Positions 1 through 12,639 of a stretch of DNA of 64,000 nt are shown one piece after another. This DNA comes from Eledone cirrhosa (taxonomy: Eukaryota), in the NCBI GenBank assembly GCA_964016885.1, contig OZ024742.1, forward strand, positions 211,110,001 through 211,174,000, given 5' to 3'. The notes under the pieces were generated by a model. The model had not been told where the DNA came from. It worked only from the letters and a program-made list of their open reading frames with translations, and did not search any database. Numbering within the stretch: position 1 is the stretch's first letter; each line of letters opens with the position of its first letter. The translations under genes and the position numbers were made by a program.

Positions 1-373
1 GTGCGGATCGTGTTGGCAGAAGGAAGGGTGGAACTGCCATTTTCCTGCATGATTCCTTTACGGCAGATGGTAACACAACATTCTCCAATGGCTACTGTGA
101 ATCAGTCATTGTGCACAATAAAGCCAATGACCTGACATTAGTTTGGCTCTGTAGGCCACCACAAACACCCAAAATCTGCTTCAAAGAATGCCTCATCATT
201 TCATCATCATTTCATTTTACGTCCGCTTTTTCCCTGCTTGCAAGGGTGGGACGGGAACTGATTCTGGCTTGATTTCTACAGCTCTAACCACTAAGCCATG
301 TGCCTCAACAGTATTAAATGCTTTATTAAACAGTGCCATCCTAGCAACATACTTTTGATGGGAGACTTTAATC
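1..373 (+). mobile_element. CR1/L2-group LINE, N-terminal part of the APE endonuclease (degenerate)
   Basis: Translates to ADRVGRRKGGTAIFL...LCRPP...ILLMGDFN. Interrupted by a SINE at about 192-306 and by the LTR element right after GDFN; continues at 5650. Confidence 0.8.
192..306 (-). mobile_element. Internally deleted tRNA-derived SINE
   Basis: Head gaggcacatggcttagtggttagagc is joined directly to the 3' tail. Both ends match the full copy at 15778-16120. Confidence 0.75.
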
Positions 374-1293
374 TGTAACAGGAGATAGTTATAACAGGTG
401 ATAAGGGTGCTGTGTGTAGTAACAAAGTTGTTAGAGGAAATAATGTAATTGTTATAACATCGACAAGAAGAATGTTCGTGAGATAAAAAGTATGTTTATT
501 TGTTGAGACACAAAGTAATGTTTTGTTAAATTGTATGGTTATAGTTCAACGTAAAAAAGATTACAAAAGGAATGTGTCGTTGTGCCAGGCCCGAGGCAGG
601 CCGGCAGGCCAAAGTGCAAAATCTCACCATTACATGTTGTTACTTCGAAGTTCAGGATGCGAGAGAGAGTTATGCCTTGATTGTCCTCAATTATATAGTC
701 CCCAGGGGCACGCAACTCCATTTAGTACATGAATCTGCCACTGGGAGTCACGACCATCACAAAGGGACGCAACTCCTATATGTGCTGAGTTACAGCCATA
801 ATGGGCCGCAGTGTAACAGGAGGTAATTATAACAGGTGATAAGGGTGCTGTGTGTAGTAACAAAGTTGTTAGAGGAAATAATGTAATTGTTATAACATTG
901 ACAAGAAGAATGTTCGTGAGATAAAAAGTATGTTTATTTGTTGAGGCACAAAGTAATGTTTTGTTAAATTGTATGGTTGTAGTTCAACGTAAAAAAGATT
1001 ACAAAAGGAATGTGCCATTGTGCCAGGCCCGAGGCAGGCCAGCAGGCCAAAGTGCAAAATCTCACCGTTACATGTTGTTCCTTTGAAGTTCAGGATGCGA
1101 GAGAGAGTTATGGCTTGATTGTACTCAAATATATAGTCCCCAGGGGGACGCAACTCCATGAATCTGCCACTGGGAGTCGCGACCGTCACAAAGGGACACA
1201 ACTCTTATACGTATCTGCCATTGGGGGTCGCGACCGTCGCAAAGGGACGCAACTCCTATACGTGCTGAGTTACAGCCGTAAGGGGCTGCTACA
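374..1293 (-). repeat. 3' LTR present as two tandem copies (374-811 and 812-1293)
   Basis: Both units start tgtaacaggag and are colinear. The second ends ctaca and is followed by the PPT (minus strand ctggaggagggtac, about 1294-1307). Confidence 0.85.
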
Positions 1294-1616
1294 GTACCCT
1301 CCTCCAGACGCTAGGCGAAAAGCCCGAAGGTAACTGTAGCGAACCCACAAGCATGGGCTCCTAGCACAGGCATGAAATGGTAACGAAAAGGTACATGGTA
1401 ATACAATAAAGAGAAAAACCCAAAAAAAAAGGCTCCAGTGGCCAGTTCACATGAAAACAGTTTGGCAGAGTTTTTTGGGCCAGTGGACACTTCGACCGGA
1501 AAGGGTCGTGGTCTTGTATGTAGGTGAAGGTGGGGAAGAAGGAGCAGGTGTATGCACAAGAGAGAAAGATTGGGGTATTTGTGGCTCGGGTGTATGAGCG
1601 TCATTGTATGCCCTTT

Positions 1617-2871
1617 TTAGTCTATCCACCGAAATTGTCTCTTGGACCTCTTAATGTCTACTGTGAAATGTTTGTCAGTATGTGCTAACACACGGTAGGG
1701 TCCAGAGTACGGCTGTGTGAGGGGTGGAGTAACCGCATCGTTTCTGACGAATACATGTGTCCATGAGGCAATATCTCTCGGGACTGCAGCTTTAATAGTT
1801 TGTTTCCTAGTATTCATACGTAGGAAACAGGGTCCTGGAAAGCAAGATCAACAGGGGCAAGCATTTGCCCAGGCAAGGCTAGAGGAGCACCATACAGTAA
1901 TTCGGTCGGGGAGAACCCAAGGTCCTCCTTTATTGATGACTGAATTCCTAACAACACAATAGGAAGGTACTCGCTCCAACGTTGAGAGTCTGGATAGGCG
2001 CGAAGAGCGGCCTTTAATTGGCGGTGGAATCATTCCACCATTCCGTTTGAAGCAGGATGATAGGCTGTGGTCCGAATCCGTTGAGCGCCAATGATTTTTG
2101 TGAGCTCAGAGAAAAGATGAGACTCAAATTGTCTACCACAGTCTGTGGTGACTGTAGTTGGTACCCCAAAGCGGGTAATCCACCCTGATACCAGGGCACG
2201 CGCTACAGTCTCGGCAGTTATATCTTATAAGGGGATGGCTTCAGGCCATCGTGAAAAACGATCGATACAGGTCAAGAGGTACGAATATCCACTGCTGAAT
2301 GGCCAAGGTCCAACGATATCAATGTGGATGTGCTGAAACCGAGCATCTGGAGTACTGAAATACAAAGTGGAGACCGGATGTGTCTGTGGATTTTAGATCT
2401 ATGACACTGTGTGCAGGAACGGCACCAGACAGTAATTTCTCGCCTCATATTGGGCCAGAAAAATCTAGCCGTTATAAGCTTTACTGTGGCAGAAATTCCT
2501 GGGTGAGAAATGCTGTGCAAAGCAAGGAACACAATTCGACGGTGAGTCTCAGGAACAAATGGTCGTGGTGAATCTGTAGATACATCACATAGAATCTACC
2601 TGTCAGTGGTCAACAAGGGCAGATATTTGAAGATGCAAGTCGCAAATTCGGCAGAAAGCGTATCCAACGATTGGAGTGCAGGTTGGTCTGCAGCTAAACG
2701 ACCTAAGTCGATCTCCTGGGATGACGAGATGGAGCTGATTGGCAAATGTGACAATGCGTCTGCAGCTATGTTATGCGAGCCAGCAATGTGCTGGATATCA
2801 TTTGTAAATTGCGAAACGTAATCCAGGTGCCTTGTCTCTCTGGGCGAATATCTGTCGGCTTTAGCCCTCAA
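1617..2871 (-). pseudogene. Gypsy RNase H C-terminus and integrase (frameshifted)
   Basis: RHLDYVSQF...HIAGSHNIAADALS; His/Cys zinc domain LHSISHPGISAT...CRSCTQC; GPY/F motif PLTQPYSGPYRV. Confidence 0.85.
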
Positions 2872-2952
2872 AGCGAGGTTTGTGGTCGGTTAAAACAGTA
2901 AAATTTCTCCCCTCAAGAATATGAGAGAAATGTTTCACCGTCAGTTGTATGG

Positions 2953-3723
2953 CTAATAATTCCCGCCCAAACGTGCTGTAACGCGTTTCTGCTGTCCTTG
3001 TGTCAAGGAAATATCCTCATTCTTCTTATGACGATTTTTCAAAATGTCAGTAAGGGAAGATAGCAAATTAGCACAATGAGGAACGAAACGCCTATAGAAA
3101 TTGATTAGGCCTAAGAAGTGACACAACTGGTGAAGTGTAGTAGGCGAAGGTAAATCCTGTGTGGCTTGAACTCGCTGAGGGAGCGGCCTAATACCTTCGG
3201 CATCGATGAGGTGGCCTAAAAAATTTAGCGAAGTGGAACCGAAAACACACTTTGCAGGATTCACATGAACACGGTAATCCTGAAGTCGCCGAAATAAGAG
3301 ATGCATGTGGCGCATATGCTCTTCTGGAGAGGAACTAGCGACGAGAATATCATCTATGTAAGCATAAACGAAGTCCAGACCACGAGTGACTTCGTCTATG
3401 AACCGCTGAAAAGTGCTAGCAGCATTCCTGAGTCTGAAAGGCATGGTAAAAAATTTGAAGGATCCGAAAGGAGTTGTAATCGCTGTTTTTGGAATATCCT
3501 CCTTCCTGACCGGAATTTGGTGGTAGGCTCGCACTAAATCTAGTTTTGAGAAAATCTTACACCCCTGCAATGAAGATGCAAAATCCTGGAGATGGGGAAT
3601 GGGATACCTATCCGGGACGGCCATGGCATTTAACCTCCTATAATCCCCAGTGGGTCTCCAGTCGCCGGAAGTCTTGGGCACCATGTGTAACGTAGATGGG
3701 CGAATAATGCCCAGCTGCAGCAT
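2953..3723 (-). pseudogene. Gypsy reverse transcriptase
   Basis: [41 protein letters not shown]. Followed by a deletion that removes the RT connection and early RNase H. Confidence 0.92.
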
Positions 3724-3835
3724 ATGGTTGAACTCAGACTAGGCTGCCTTTAATTTGTCCGCCGGTAAGCGGTGTGGACGCGAAAACACTGGAGCACCGG
3801 TGGTGGAAATGAAATGTTCAGTTGAGTGTGTTGGC

Positions 3836-4560
3836 TCAGTGACTCGAAAATTTCCATCGGTGAGCTCCGGGAAAGAACCTAACAACGAATGGTAGGCGTC
3901 TCCAGCGGCAGCAATGAAGAATATGGGGCTGACTGTTGGAGCATTGGCTTTCCGGCCGTCGAATTGAAAAACCGGTGATGTCATCCACCAGGCATTGGCC
4001 ACAGACGTCCACAGTCAAAGAGAAGTTGTGGAGGAAATCCACTCCTAAGATAGGGTATGGCAAATCGGCAACCGTAAAAATCCACTTAAAATCCCTACGA
4101 AGATTTAGGAATTTGAGAGGAAGCAAGATTTGCCCGTACGTCTTTATAGACGAGTGATTAACGGCCTGCAGAGTAACGGATGACTCTACGGGGGTATCTT
4201 TCAGGCAATGGACCGGCCAAATACTACAGGAGGCTCCTGTATCCACGAGGAAACCTCTTCCCGACCTAAGGTCCTTAATGAAGAAATGGCGGTTTGGTGG
4301 CTTTATGTTGAGGTCAACTGCGCCCATCAGCGGACCTCTTTGGCGTTTCCCGCCTTATAAAACGAGCAAGGTTGCATGCAGTGGTTTGCTCTCTCGGCAA
4401 ATCGCTCATGGTACCAGCATAAAGATGAAGCTGGTGATTTGAGACGGCATCTAAAAGATTGAGATCTCCCGCGGCTGCGCGGGCGCGAACGGGCACCACA
4501 CCAGACCTTCATCTTCTGGAGCTCCAGGGTGAGTTCCTGAATGGACTTCTACATCACCAT
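3836..4560 (-). pseudogene. Gypsy gag C-terminus and aspartic protease
   Basis: RSRPRSRGRS followed by the CWYHERF...C..PC knuckle; FLVDTGAS and ILGVDFL protease motifs. Confidence 0.85.
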
Positions 4561-5131
4561 AATGGCTGAATGAGATGCCATTGTTATACTGTAGGTAATC
4601 TGCCAAAAGAAAAAATCGTCTCCGTTTGGAAAAATGTCTCCAACACAACAGAAAAGGAAAACAAAATCGCTTATTTTTCTCTGTCAAACAACTGGACAGG
4701 AAAAAGAATGCATCCGAGACTACTTGCAAAGGAGCGACTAACCGAGCGATGTCATTAACAAGGGATAGGCAGGGAATTTAGAACTAAAACCAACATGGCG
4801 GACTATTTCACGCCAAAAACACTATTGATGGAGAAGAAAGCCGCCATCTTGTCATCCTCAAAAATTTTAGCCAGAGAAAAGAAGAAAAGAAGAAAAGGAG
4901 AAAAAAAAGAAAAAACATTCATGCAATTGCTGTTTGTTTGTGTGTAAATAACTTTGGGTGTTCGTTTTGCACACATGAAGAATTTGATGTTAAGTGTTAC
5001 AGAGAAATATGTTTAGCTCGGTCAATACAGCCATATCAAAATCAAGTGTGTTGTTCTGTATTAAATGTTTTTTTTCTTTCTCTTTTTTTTTTATATACAC
5101 ATTTCCCATTATTTAAAAAAAACAAAAAAAA

Positions 5132-5145
5132 ACGTCAGGTCACCA
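5132..5145 (-). promoter_or_regulatory. Primer-binding site (tRNA-Trp type)
   Basis: Minus strand TGGTGACCTGACGT directly inside the 5' LTR; resembles the complement of the tRNA-Trp 3' end. Confidence 0.7.
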
Positions 5146-5146
5146 A

Positions 5147-5645
5147 TTTAGGATATTAGTATCAGTGTATATATATATTTAAGAATGACAATAATTGCAG
5201 GTGAGTGTTGTGACATGGTTTTACTTCACAGAAGTCAAATAAATTGATATAAATAATTGTTACCACATGTTGATGGTCAGTTGGTCACAACTCCCAGACT
5301 GGAGTGTGTGGAGAAGAACAGAAATCTTCTCTTGGTAAGGTTCAAGTATTTCTTTAGGCTGCCGGTATTCTTCTTCTTGCGGGCGAAGGAAGTGAGACAG
5401 GAGTCATCTCTTGACAAGGTCTGAGGTATTCTTGTTGCGGGCGAAGGAAGTGAGAGAGAATTGCCTCGCGTTCTCAAATATATAGTCCCCAGAGAGACGC
5501 AACTCCATTTAGTACATGAATCTGCCACTGGGAGTCGCGACCGTCACAAAGGGACGCAACTCCTATATGCCACTGGGAGTCGCGACCATCACAAAGGGAC
5601 GCAACTCCTATACGTGCTGAGTTACAGCCGTAAGGGCCCGCTACA
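5147..5645 (-). repeat. 5' LTR of the Gypsy element
   Basis: Lies between the PBS and the TSD; only about 5470-5645 matches the left LTRs. Confidence 0.75.
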
Positions 5646-5649
5646 AATC

Positions 5650-6730
5650 TACCGTGTCGATTGGTCTACATGTAGTTTGAAACCAGGCACCCCAACCTCA
5701 ACCACTGACAAAGAAGCTGTCGAGTCACTTCTTGACTTCATGAATGAGTTTTTCTTGTCCCAACTTGTTTTTGCACCAACGAGGCATCAGAAGAACATTC
5801 TGGATCTAGTGTTTAGTAACCACACTAACACTATCCATAATATTACAGTGGAAAAAACCCTTCTCTCAGACCATGACATGGTTCTTTGTAACCTGAGATT
5901 CCACCAGCCGAAAGCTAATCCCAGGGTCCTCTTTCCAGCCCACCCATTTGATAACATGGATCTCTACAATGCCAACTGGGATGCAATTATGAACGAACTA
6001 TCACATGTCGACTGGTCTTTTACACACGCACACACTTCCACCAACATCAAAACATCTTGGCAGATCTTTGTAGATACTGTCACAAATATATGTACAAAAC
6101 ACACCCCACCAAAACCTGTGAACAAAACCAAGTGCAGTATCCCCAAAAACATAAAAACAATTATCATTAAAAAAATAAAAAGAACAAACAAAAAAAAATT
6201 AACACACTAAAAACTGCCAACAGCATTCGGTGGCTATCGCCCTGCTTGAGTAAAAAAAATATAACCTCCAGCAATGCATGATGACCATCATCAATAACAA
6301 GAGAATAGCTGAAGAGAGGTGGGCCATTGAGAAGATCAAACTCAACCCCAAAGTGTTCTTTTCATTTTCTAAAAAACACAAGGTCACCGTCTCCACTGTT
6401 GGCCCTCTAGTTGATGAAAACGGCACACTCCAAGACAATGCCAAAACTATGGGCGAGATACTGCAGAAACAATACTGGTCTATTTTCAGCAATCCTGATA
6501 TGGCCGATCTGGGCTGTATCAGTGATGTTAATCCCCAACACACTATATCAGACATAACATTTGGTGCCCCTGATGTCTTAGCGGCAATAAACAAAATTAA
6601 ACACAATTCAGCAGTAGGACCCGACAGGTTCTCTGCTTGTGTCCTGAAGGTGTGTCGACACCAACTTGCATCTCCTCTTGCTAATCTGTGGAGGAACTCA
6701 CTGGACACTGGCTATATTCCTGAAAACTTT
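5650..6730 (+). mobile_element. CR1/L2-group LINE ORF2 continuation (endonuclease C-terminus and linker; truncated before RT)
   Basis: PTR..NILDLVFSN...SDHDMV; NPKVFFSF; VGPLVDENG; GPD....VLK...LASPL..LWRNSLDTGYIP. Confidence 0.85.
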
Positions 6731-6754
6731 CTGTACGTTCCTGAAAACTTCTGT

Positions 6755-6895
6755 ACGTTCTCGGCATCTGTTGTTGAGGGGGCACATAGATCTATCAGGG
6801 CAGTTACACCTCCAGGTCGGCTCTCCACTAATGTCTAGGTTGTTTCTTCCATAGGGGTTGAGTTTCTTGTTGTTTGAGGAGGCGATATTTTGCAT
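6755..6895 (-). mobile_element. Penelope-like element fragment (Cys-rich linker upstream of GIY-YIG)
   Basis: MQNIASSNNKK...CNCPDRSMCPLNNRC matches the CNC-x-CPL-x-C linker of PLE ORFs. Confidence 0.65.
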
Positions 6896-7845
6896 TTTTT
6901 CTTCTAACTTTAATTTTATACCTAATTGTGTATGGTTGACGATATATTTAATTGATTTCCACGTGCTATTGAAATGATGGGTAAATATTCTATGGCTGTT
7001 GATCGCGAATAAATGGCTATCGTTTATTTATCTATTATTTCTTCACAGGTGCCTTTTAATCTTATAGCCTGGTTTAATTGTTTTTTTTGTGTGGTTGATT
7101 ATGCTAATTGGGAGAGGAAATTGAGTATATATCTTATCAAATGATTCTAAGGACATAATTTATAGTATATTGCTCTGATTATTTAATTTATTAATTCATC
7201 ATTGAGCCACATCGTGAATGGTTGCCAAAAACATATCTATAACTTTATCTAGTTTGTGTATATGTAAATATTTATATTTGATAATCTCCCATAAGGTTGA
7301 GATGCAATTTGAGCAATATTGGGCTGCGCTTTCTAGCAACCAGCCTACTAGCCGTAAGGTACCAATCACATTCTTTCTGACTTGACAACTGATCACAGTT
7401 CTTAGCCATTTTGAATTCGTTTCTGGCAGGGATCATTTAAGAAAAATCTTTGTCCAAGTTAGTTTGTTTCCTGATGAGTTCAAAGCTCGAGAATTTATCC
7501 TTGATAGGATATTTCCGAAAGCGAACGAAACCCTAAGGGTAGAAACGTAATCCTGGTATGTGTATATGCATTTTTTTCTTCTAACTTTAATTTTATACCT
7601 AATTGTGTATGGTTGACGATATATTTAATTGATTTCCACGTGCTATTGAAATGATGGGTAAATATTCTATGGCTGTTGATCGCGAATAAATGGCTATCGT
7701 TTATTTATCTATTATTTCTTCACAGGTGCCTTTTAATCTTATAGCCTAGTTCAATTGTTTTTTTGTGTGGTTGATTATGCTAATTGAGAGAGAAAATTGA
7801 GTATATATCCTAACAATTGATTCTAAGGACATAATTTATAGTATA
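6891..7845 (+). mobile_element. Partial-tandem PLE end or retrozyme-like unit with about 278-bp direct repeats
   Basis: About 6891-7168 is repeated at about 7567-7845, with a hammerhead between the copies; ends in (TA)n. Confidence 0.7.
7466..7546 (+). ncRNA. Type I hammerhead ribozyme
   Basis: gtttc-CTGATGA-gttc...gaac-GAAA-ccc taa ggg-TA-gaaac; all three stems and the core are intact. Confidence 0.85.
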
Positions 7846-7892
7846 TATATATATATATATACATATCTATATATATATCTATATATATATGT

Positions 7893-8080
7893 ATGGAGGC
7901 AGATGGCTTAGTGGTTAGAGCATTGGCCTTGCAATCGAAAGGTTGTGAGTTCAATTCTCAGACCGGGTGATGTGTTGTTTCCTTGAGCAAGACACTTTAT
8001 TTCACATTGCTCCAGTTTTCTCAGCTGTAGAAATGAGATGATACACACACTCCAGTTTACTCAGCTGTAGAAATGAGATG
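7893..8080 (+). mobile_element. tRNA-derived CORE-type SINE head
   Basis: A box tggcttagtgg, B box gagttcaattc, and the ccttgagcaagacacttta block. Confidence 0.8.
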
Positions 8081-8082
8081 GT

Positions 8083-8529
8083 TCACACACACACCGATGC
8101 GAGGTCGAAGAAAAAAAATATATATATACCAACATAGTATTCACCGAAAGTTAGTTTACAAAACAACAAATGTTATATTGGTCAAATCTCAATTTGACAA
8201 TGTAAATTGGAGAAATTGGGTCAACCCTACACACACGCAAGTAAATTCAGTTCAATGTTCTGCTATACATATATCGATTAAATTGTAAATAGTGTATGGT
8301 TTGGTATATACACATCCGTATCGTCTAAAAAAGTGCATGTTTTGGTATATACACATCCATGTGAAGAGCAAGTAATCAGCTCATATCGAACTCTGTATGT
8401 GCCGTTGTCCCATTGAGAATCTGAGTCCCCAAATCTGTGCGTGCAAGCTACCGCCATGTAGGCCACCAAGGAGCTCTGTGTAGGGTTGGGTATTTGAGTT
8501 TTTCTTCGACCTCGCGTCGGTGTGTGTGA
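8083..8529. repeat. Inverted repeat pair of about 30 bp
   Basis: cacacaccgatgcgaggtcgaagaaaa (8086-8114) versus ttttcttcgacctcgcgtcggtgtgtgtg (8500-8528). Confidence 0.7.
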
Positions 8530-8770
8530 GTGTGTATACTCACTCACACTAACTGTGACTGACTGTAATTCTAAAGATTTGATGTTGAGATTAGACCCGT
8601 ACAGCATCTTTTACAGCTATTGAGAAATAGAAACTTGATAGTTTTATAACCCTAACTGAGGACGATAGCAGTCGGCGTGTTTTGGCTGCTTAATCTTCAT
8701 ATGCGGGACAAAACTCTAGTGAATGAACATCGTTAAATTTTCTCTCTCATATCAAGGATTTGAAGACAAT

Positions 8771-8859
8771 TCATTTTCACCTGACGAGATCAGTGATAAT
8801 CGATCATGGCCGCATGATCGATCTATCTCTTATTGAAACATGTGTCGTGATTAAAATGA
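8771..8859 (+). ncRNA. Type I hammerhead ribozyme
   Basis: tcac-CTGACGA-(extended stem II containing atcgatcatg/catgatcgat)-GAAA-catgtg-TC-gtga. Confidence 0.7.
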
Positions 8860-9036
8860 TTGGAAATTTATACCATGCCTTTGGATCTTTATTTTGATAC
8901 AAATACTCCGTTTTACATCATCTAGCTGTTCCTATAAATGGAATTGGAGATATACAAAATCGTGGAGAACTTAATATTGCTAACAAAAGGTTATTGGACC
9001 GTATGACACAACCAATAATACACCTTACTATATAAC

Positions 9037-9273
<237 letters not shown>

Positions 9274-9395
9274 GTGAAGGCGTGTGGCTGAGTGGTTAGA
9301 GAATTGGATTCACAATCTTAAGGATGTGAGTTCGATTCCTGGACCAGGCGATGCGTTATGTCCTTGAGCAAGACACTTTATTTCACGTTGCTCCT
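9274..9395 (+). mobile_element. tRNA-derived SINE head
   Basis: tggctgagtgg A box, gttcgattcc B box, CORE-like block. Confidence 0.8.
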
Positions 9396-9515
9396 TCTAC
9401 CTGGAGTTGCGACCGATAGATAGTATTAGCAATTGGATAGACCAACGGAAATATTGTTCCCTTGGTCCGTTTGATGAAAGTCGATCGTTCCTATATATAT
9501 ATATGTATATATATA

Positions 9516-11600
9516 TCATCATCATTATCGTTTAACGTCCATTTTCCACGCTAGCATGTGTCTGGACGGGAATTGTCCCACTTGAGGCAAGATTGGTTGT
9601 CTTGCTCAGGACTGTCTGGCGGGTTTTCTACGGCTGGATGCCCTTCCTAACACCAACCACGTTTACAGTGTGGACTGGGAGGTTTTTACCGTGTTACCTA
9701 CACGGCCACATTACAGCGTGGACTGTGTGTTTTTTTGTCGTGACACCTACACGACTTCATATGTTTCGGACTGGATGTTGTGGTACCAACATAATTTCAC
9801 ATTTTAGGGGGTGGTGTGGATGGGATGAGGGTAGTGGGACGGAGGTGTATTTTGTTAGAGGTGCCTACTGACTGTAGGTTTCGCTTTGTACTTAGGCAAG
9901 GCGGGTCTTCTGTATAACTGTGTAGCGCCCAAGATCTCGGTCCAGTGACATTGTCTTGGAGAGGTGTAAGTGTGTGAGGTCGGAATTTATCAAGTCGTCC
10001 CAGGTTTTTCTGGGTCTGCCTACTCCGTGGCTACCGTCTATTTTTATTGCCCTGCACTTTTTTATAAAGCTGTCGTCTTTCATGCGCATCACGTGACCGT
10101 ACCAACGTAGTCTTCTCTCGAGTAAACAACATCTGATCCCTCTTATTCCTAATTTCTTCCTTAGTTCGTTTATGCTTTGCCGTTCACGTATATTACTATT
10201 ACACATCCAGCGGAGCAAGCAAGCTTTGTTTCTCTCCAGTCTGCGTATATCCTCTGCACACAATGCCCAGGTCTCACTGCCATGTAACATTGCTGTTCGT
10301 ATGCAGGCATGATACAGCCTGCCTTTCATTTTTAGAGAGAACCCTTTCGCAGCCAATAGTGGTATAAGCTCTCTGAACTTTTTCCATCCCGTTCTGACTC
10401 TAGCTACTGTACTTTCAGAGCACCCTCCCCCACTGCTGATTTTGTCACCCAGGTAACGGAAGCTGTCCACTATTTCTATAGAACCATCTGTGCAATGGAA
10501 TCAGCTAGTATTCTGTGGGCACTTGCTGCTACTTATTGTACCAGAGCACCGGCCACATGTAAAATCTATGTTCTTAGTTAGCTTACCTGTGATCCCACTA
10601 CATCTTTTATGCACCCATACTTTGCATTTGGGACATAAAATGGAGTTTCTGCCTACTCCTTTCTTACACACTGAGCATGGCCATTTCCCAGATGGGACCG
10701 GTGCCCTATTTTCCTTTCTACAAACTAGAACTTTAGTCTTAGACAAGTTAACTTTAAGGCCTTTTGATTCTAGGCCATGCTTCCATGATTGAAATTTCTT
10801 CTCTAGTTCCGTCATTGATTCAGCTATGAGCGTTAGATCATCTGCATATAGGAGTTCCCATGGGCAGCTGGTCTTCAACTCCTCTGTTATAGCCTGAAGG
10901 GCAATAATAAATAGTAGGGGGCTAAGGACGGAGCCCTGATGAACACCAACTTTTACGCTAAACTCTTCACTATATTCGTTGTTAATTCTAACCTTGCTGA
11001 CTGTTTCTTTATACATGGCTTGTATAGCTCTCACAAGCCATTCATCAAAACCCAGTTTTCTGAGAGTCCACCAGATAATGGGGCGTGGGACTCTGTCAAA
11101 GGCTTTCTCCAAGTCAATAAAGGCTAAGTATAGGGGTTTACTTTTAGCTAGGTACTTCTCCTGTAGTTGTCATACAATGAAGAGAGCGTCTGTGGTACTT
11201 TTACCTGACACAAACACGAATTGCATTTCGTCTAGATCAATTCGCTGTCTGATTAGTTGCGCTATTACTTTTTCTGTGACCTTCATGACCTGGTCAATTA
11301 ATTTAATGCCTCTATAGTTTCCCCTATCTAGGGCATCACCTTTACCCTTGTAGCAGTTAATGATAATGCTGCTGCGCCAGTCCTTCGGAACGACCCCATT
11401 CTGTATGACTTGGTTTACTATCCGGGTGACCATAGTGTGTCCCACCATTCCACGATCTTTCAGCATTTCAGCAACTATTTCCGAAGGCCTGGCCGCCTTG
11501 CCCGTCTTCATGTCTTTGATCCCCTAACTTATTATACTACCTTCAACTAGTACTGCTGGTCCCTCTATTGGATCGATGTGGGGGAGACTGTCTTTCTCCC
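9516..11600 (-). mobile_element. 5'-truncated RTE-clade LINE with a PHD-like finger after the RT core
   Basis: YKGKGDALDRGNYRGIKL, EKAFDRVP, GVHQGSVLSPLLF, YADD, C4HC3 finger, FRYLG, GSETW, RLRWYGHV, GRPRKTW; (ATG)n tail. Confidence 0.92.
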
Positions 11601-11610
11601 AATTATATTC

Positions 11611-11654
<44 letters not shown>

Positions 11655-11737
11655 GGATATATATATACACATCACCCATGCTAGCGTGGAAGAACGGACG
11701 TAAAACAGTGATGATGATATATGTATATATATGTCTA

Positions 11738-12011
11738 TCATCATCATTTTACATCCCCTTTTTCCCTGCTTGCAAGGGTGGGACGGGAACTGATTCTGGC
11801 TTGATTTCTACAGCTGGATGCCCTTCCTAACACCAACCTCATTTACAGTGAGTGCTGGGTGATTTTTTGCTGTGGCACCGCCACGACCACTTTGCAGTGG
11901 AATGATAGGGACCCCCAGTCCCTATCATCTCATTTCTACAGCTGAGTAAACTGGAGCAATGTGAAATAAAGTGTCTTGCTCAAGGAAACAACACATCACC
12001 CGGTCTGAGAA
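11738..12011 (-). mobile_element. SINE, 5'-truncated
   Basis: Near-identical to 15778-16060. Confidence 0.8.
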
Positions 12012-12534
12012 TATATATGTATATTGAAAGGATAACAAGGACAATTAGTTACTCCTTCATTACATTTATTGGTAGGTGACGCGCATTTCGCCACTGATCA
12101 GCTCAAGGTTCGATCTGTATTGATCTTACTCTATAATCGGCAGCTTGACGGACCCTTTAAAATGCTAGTAGAAAATGAATACATGCTATATGGTAAAGTC
12201 AGAAGTTGATATGTTGGTCAATATGAATTGTTTTGATTGGTGGAATAGATCATAGGGATGTATTCGCCTGTAGTGTATGTGGGGTGGATGCGATGGTAAG
12301 ATGGTGGTGACGGTCGCTAGCTGGGATGGGCTGTGGTGCGGGGGTGGTGTCAATCCACCCCACCCCCCACCCCCACACCACAGCTCATCCCAGCCAGCGG
12401 GTCCAGAAATAGCCGTCGAAACGGCTTGAGCTGTGCCGTCGGAGTCATATTTTTTCCTATTTCCCACTCTACTACCCTAAGTATTGAGTACTCTGGTGCA
12501 TTATGGTCTATCTGGTACCTTACCACAATTCCTG

Positions 12535-12621
<87 letters not shown>

Positions 12622-12639
12622 GTATATATCCCGTCCCAC

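Larger units (their letters stand above)
374..5645 (-). mobile_element. Ty3/Gypsy LTR retrotransposon (degenerate)
   Basis: TGT...ACA termini; 4-bp TSD AATC at 370-373 and 5646-5649; PBS; PPT; domain order gag-PR-RT-RH-IN on the minus strand. Confidence 0.92.

Noticed and set aside
523-1333. Short ORFs in the LTRs and the N-terminus of the 5461-6210 ORF
   Set aside because: Non-coding LTR sequence; the 5461 ORF is a chance fusion of LTR and LINE frames.
7893-7970. tRNA genes
   Set aside because: The A/B boxes run into SINE bodies and no full cloverleaf is evident; these are SINE heads.
12070-12165. GAAA-tgcgcg-TC half-hammerhead on the minus strand (similar case near 9410-9490)
   Set aside because: No intact CUGANGA box found.
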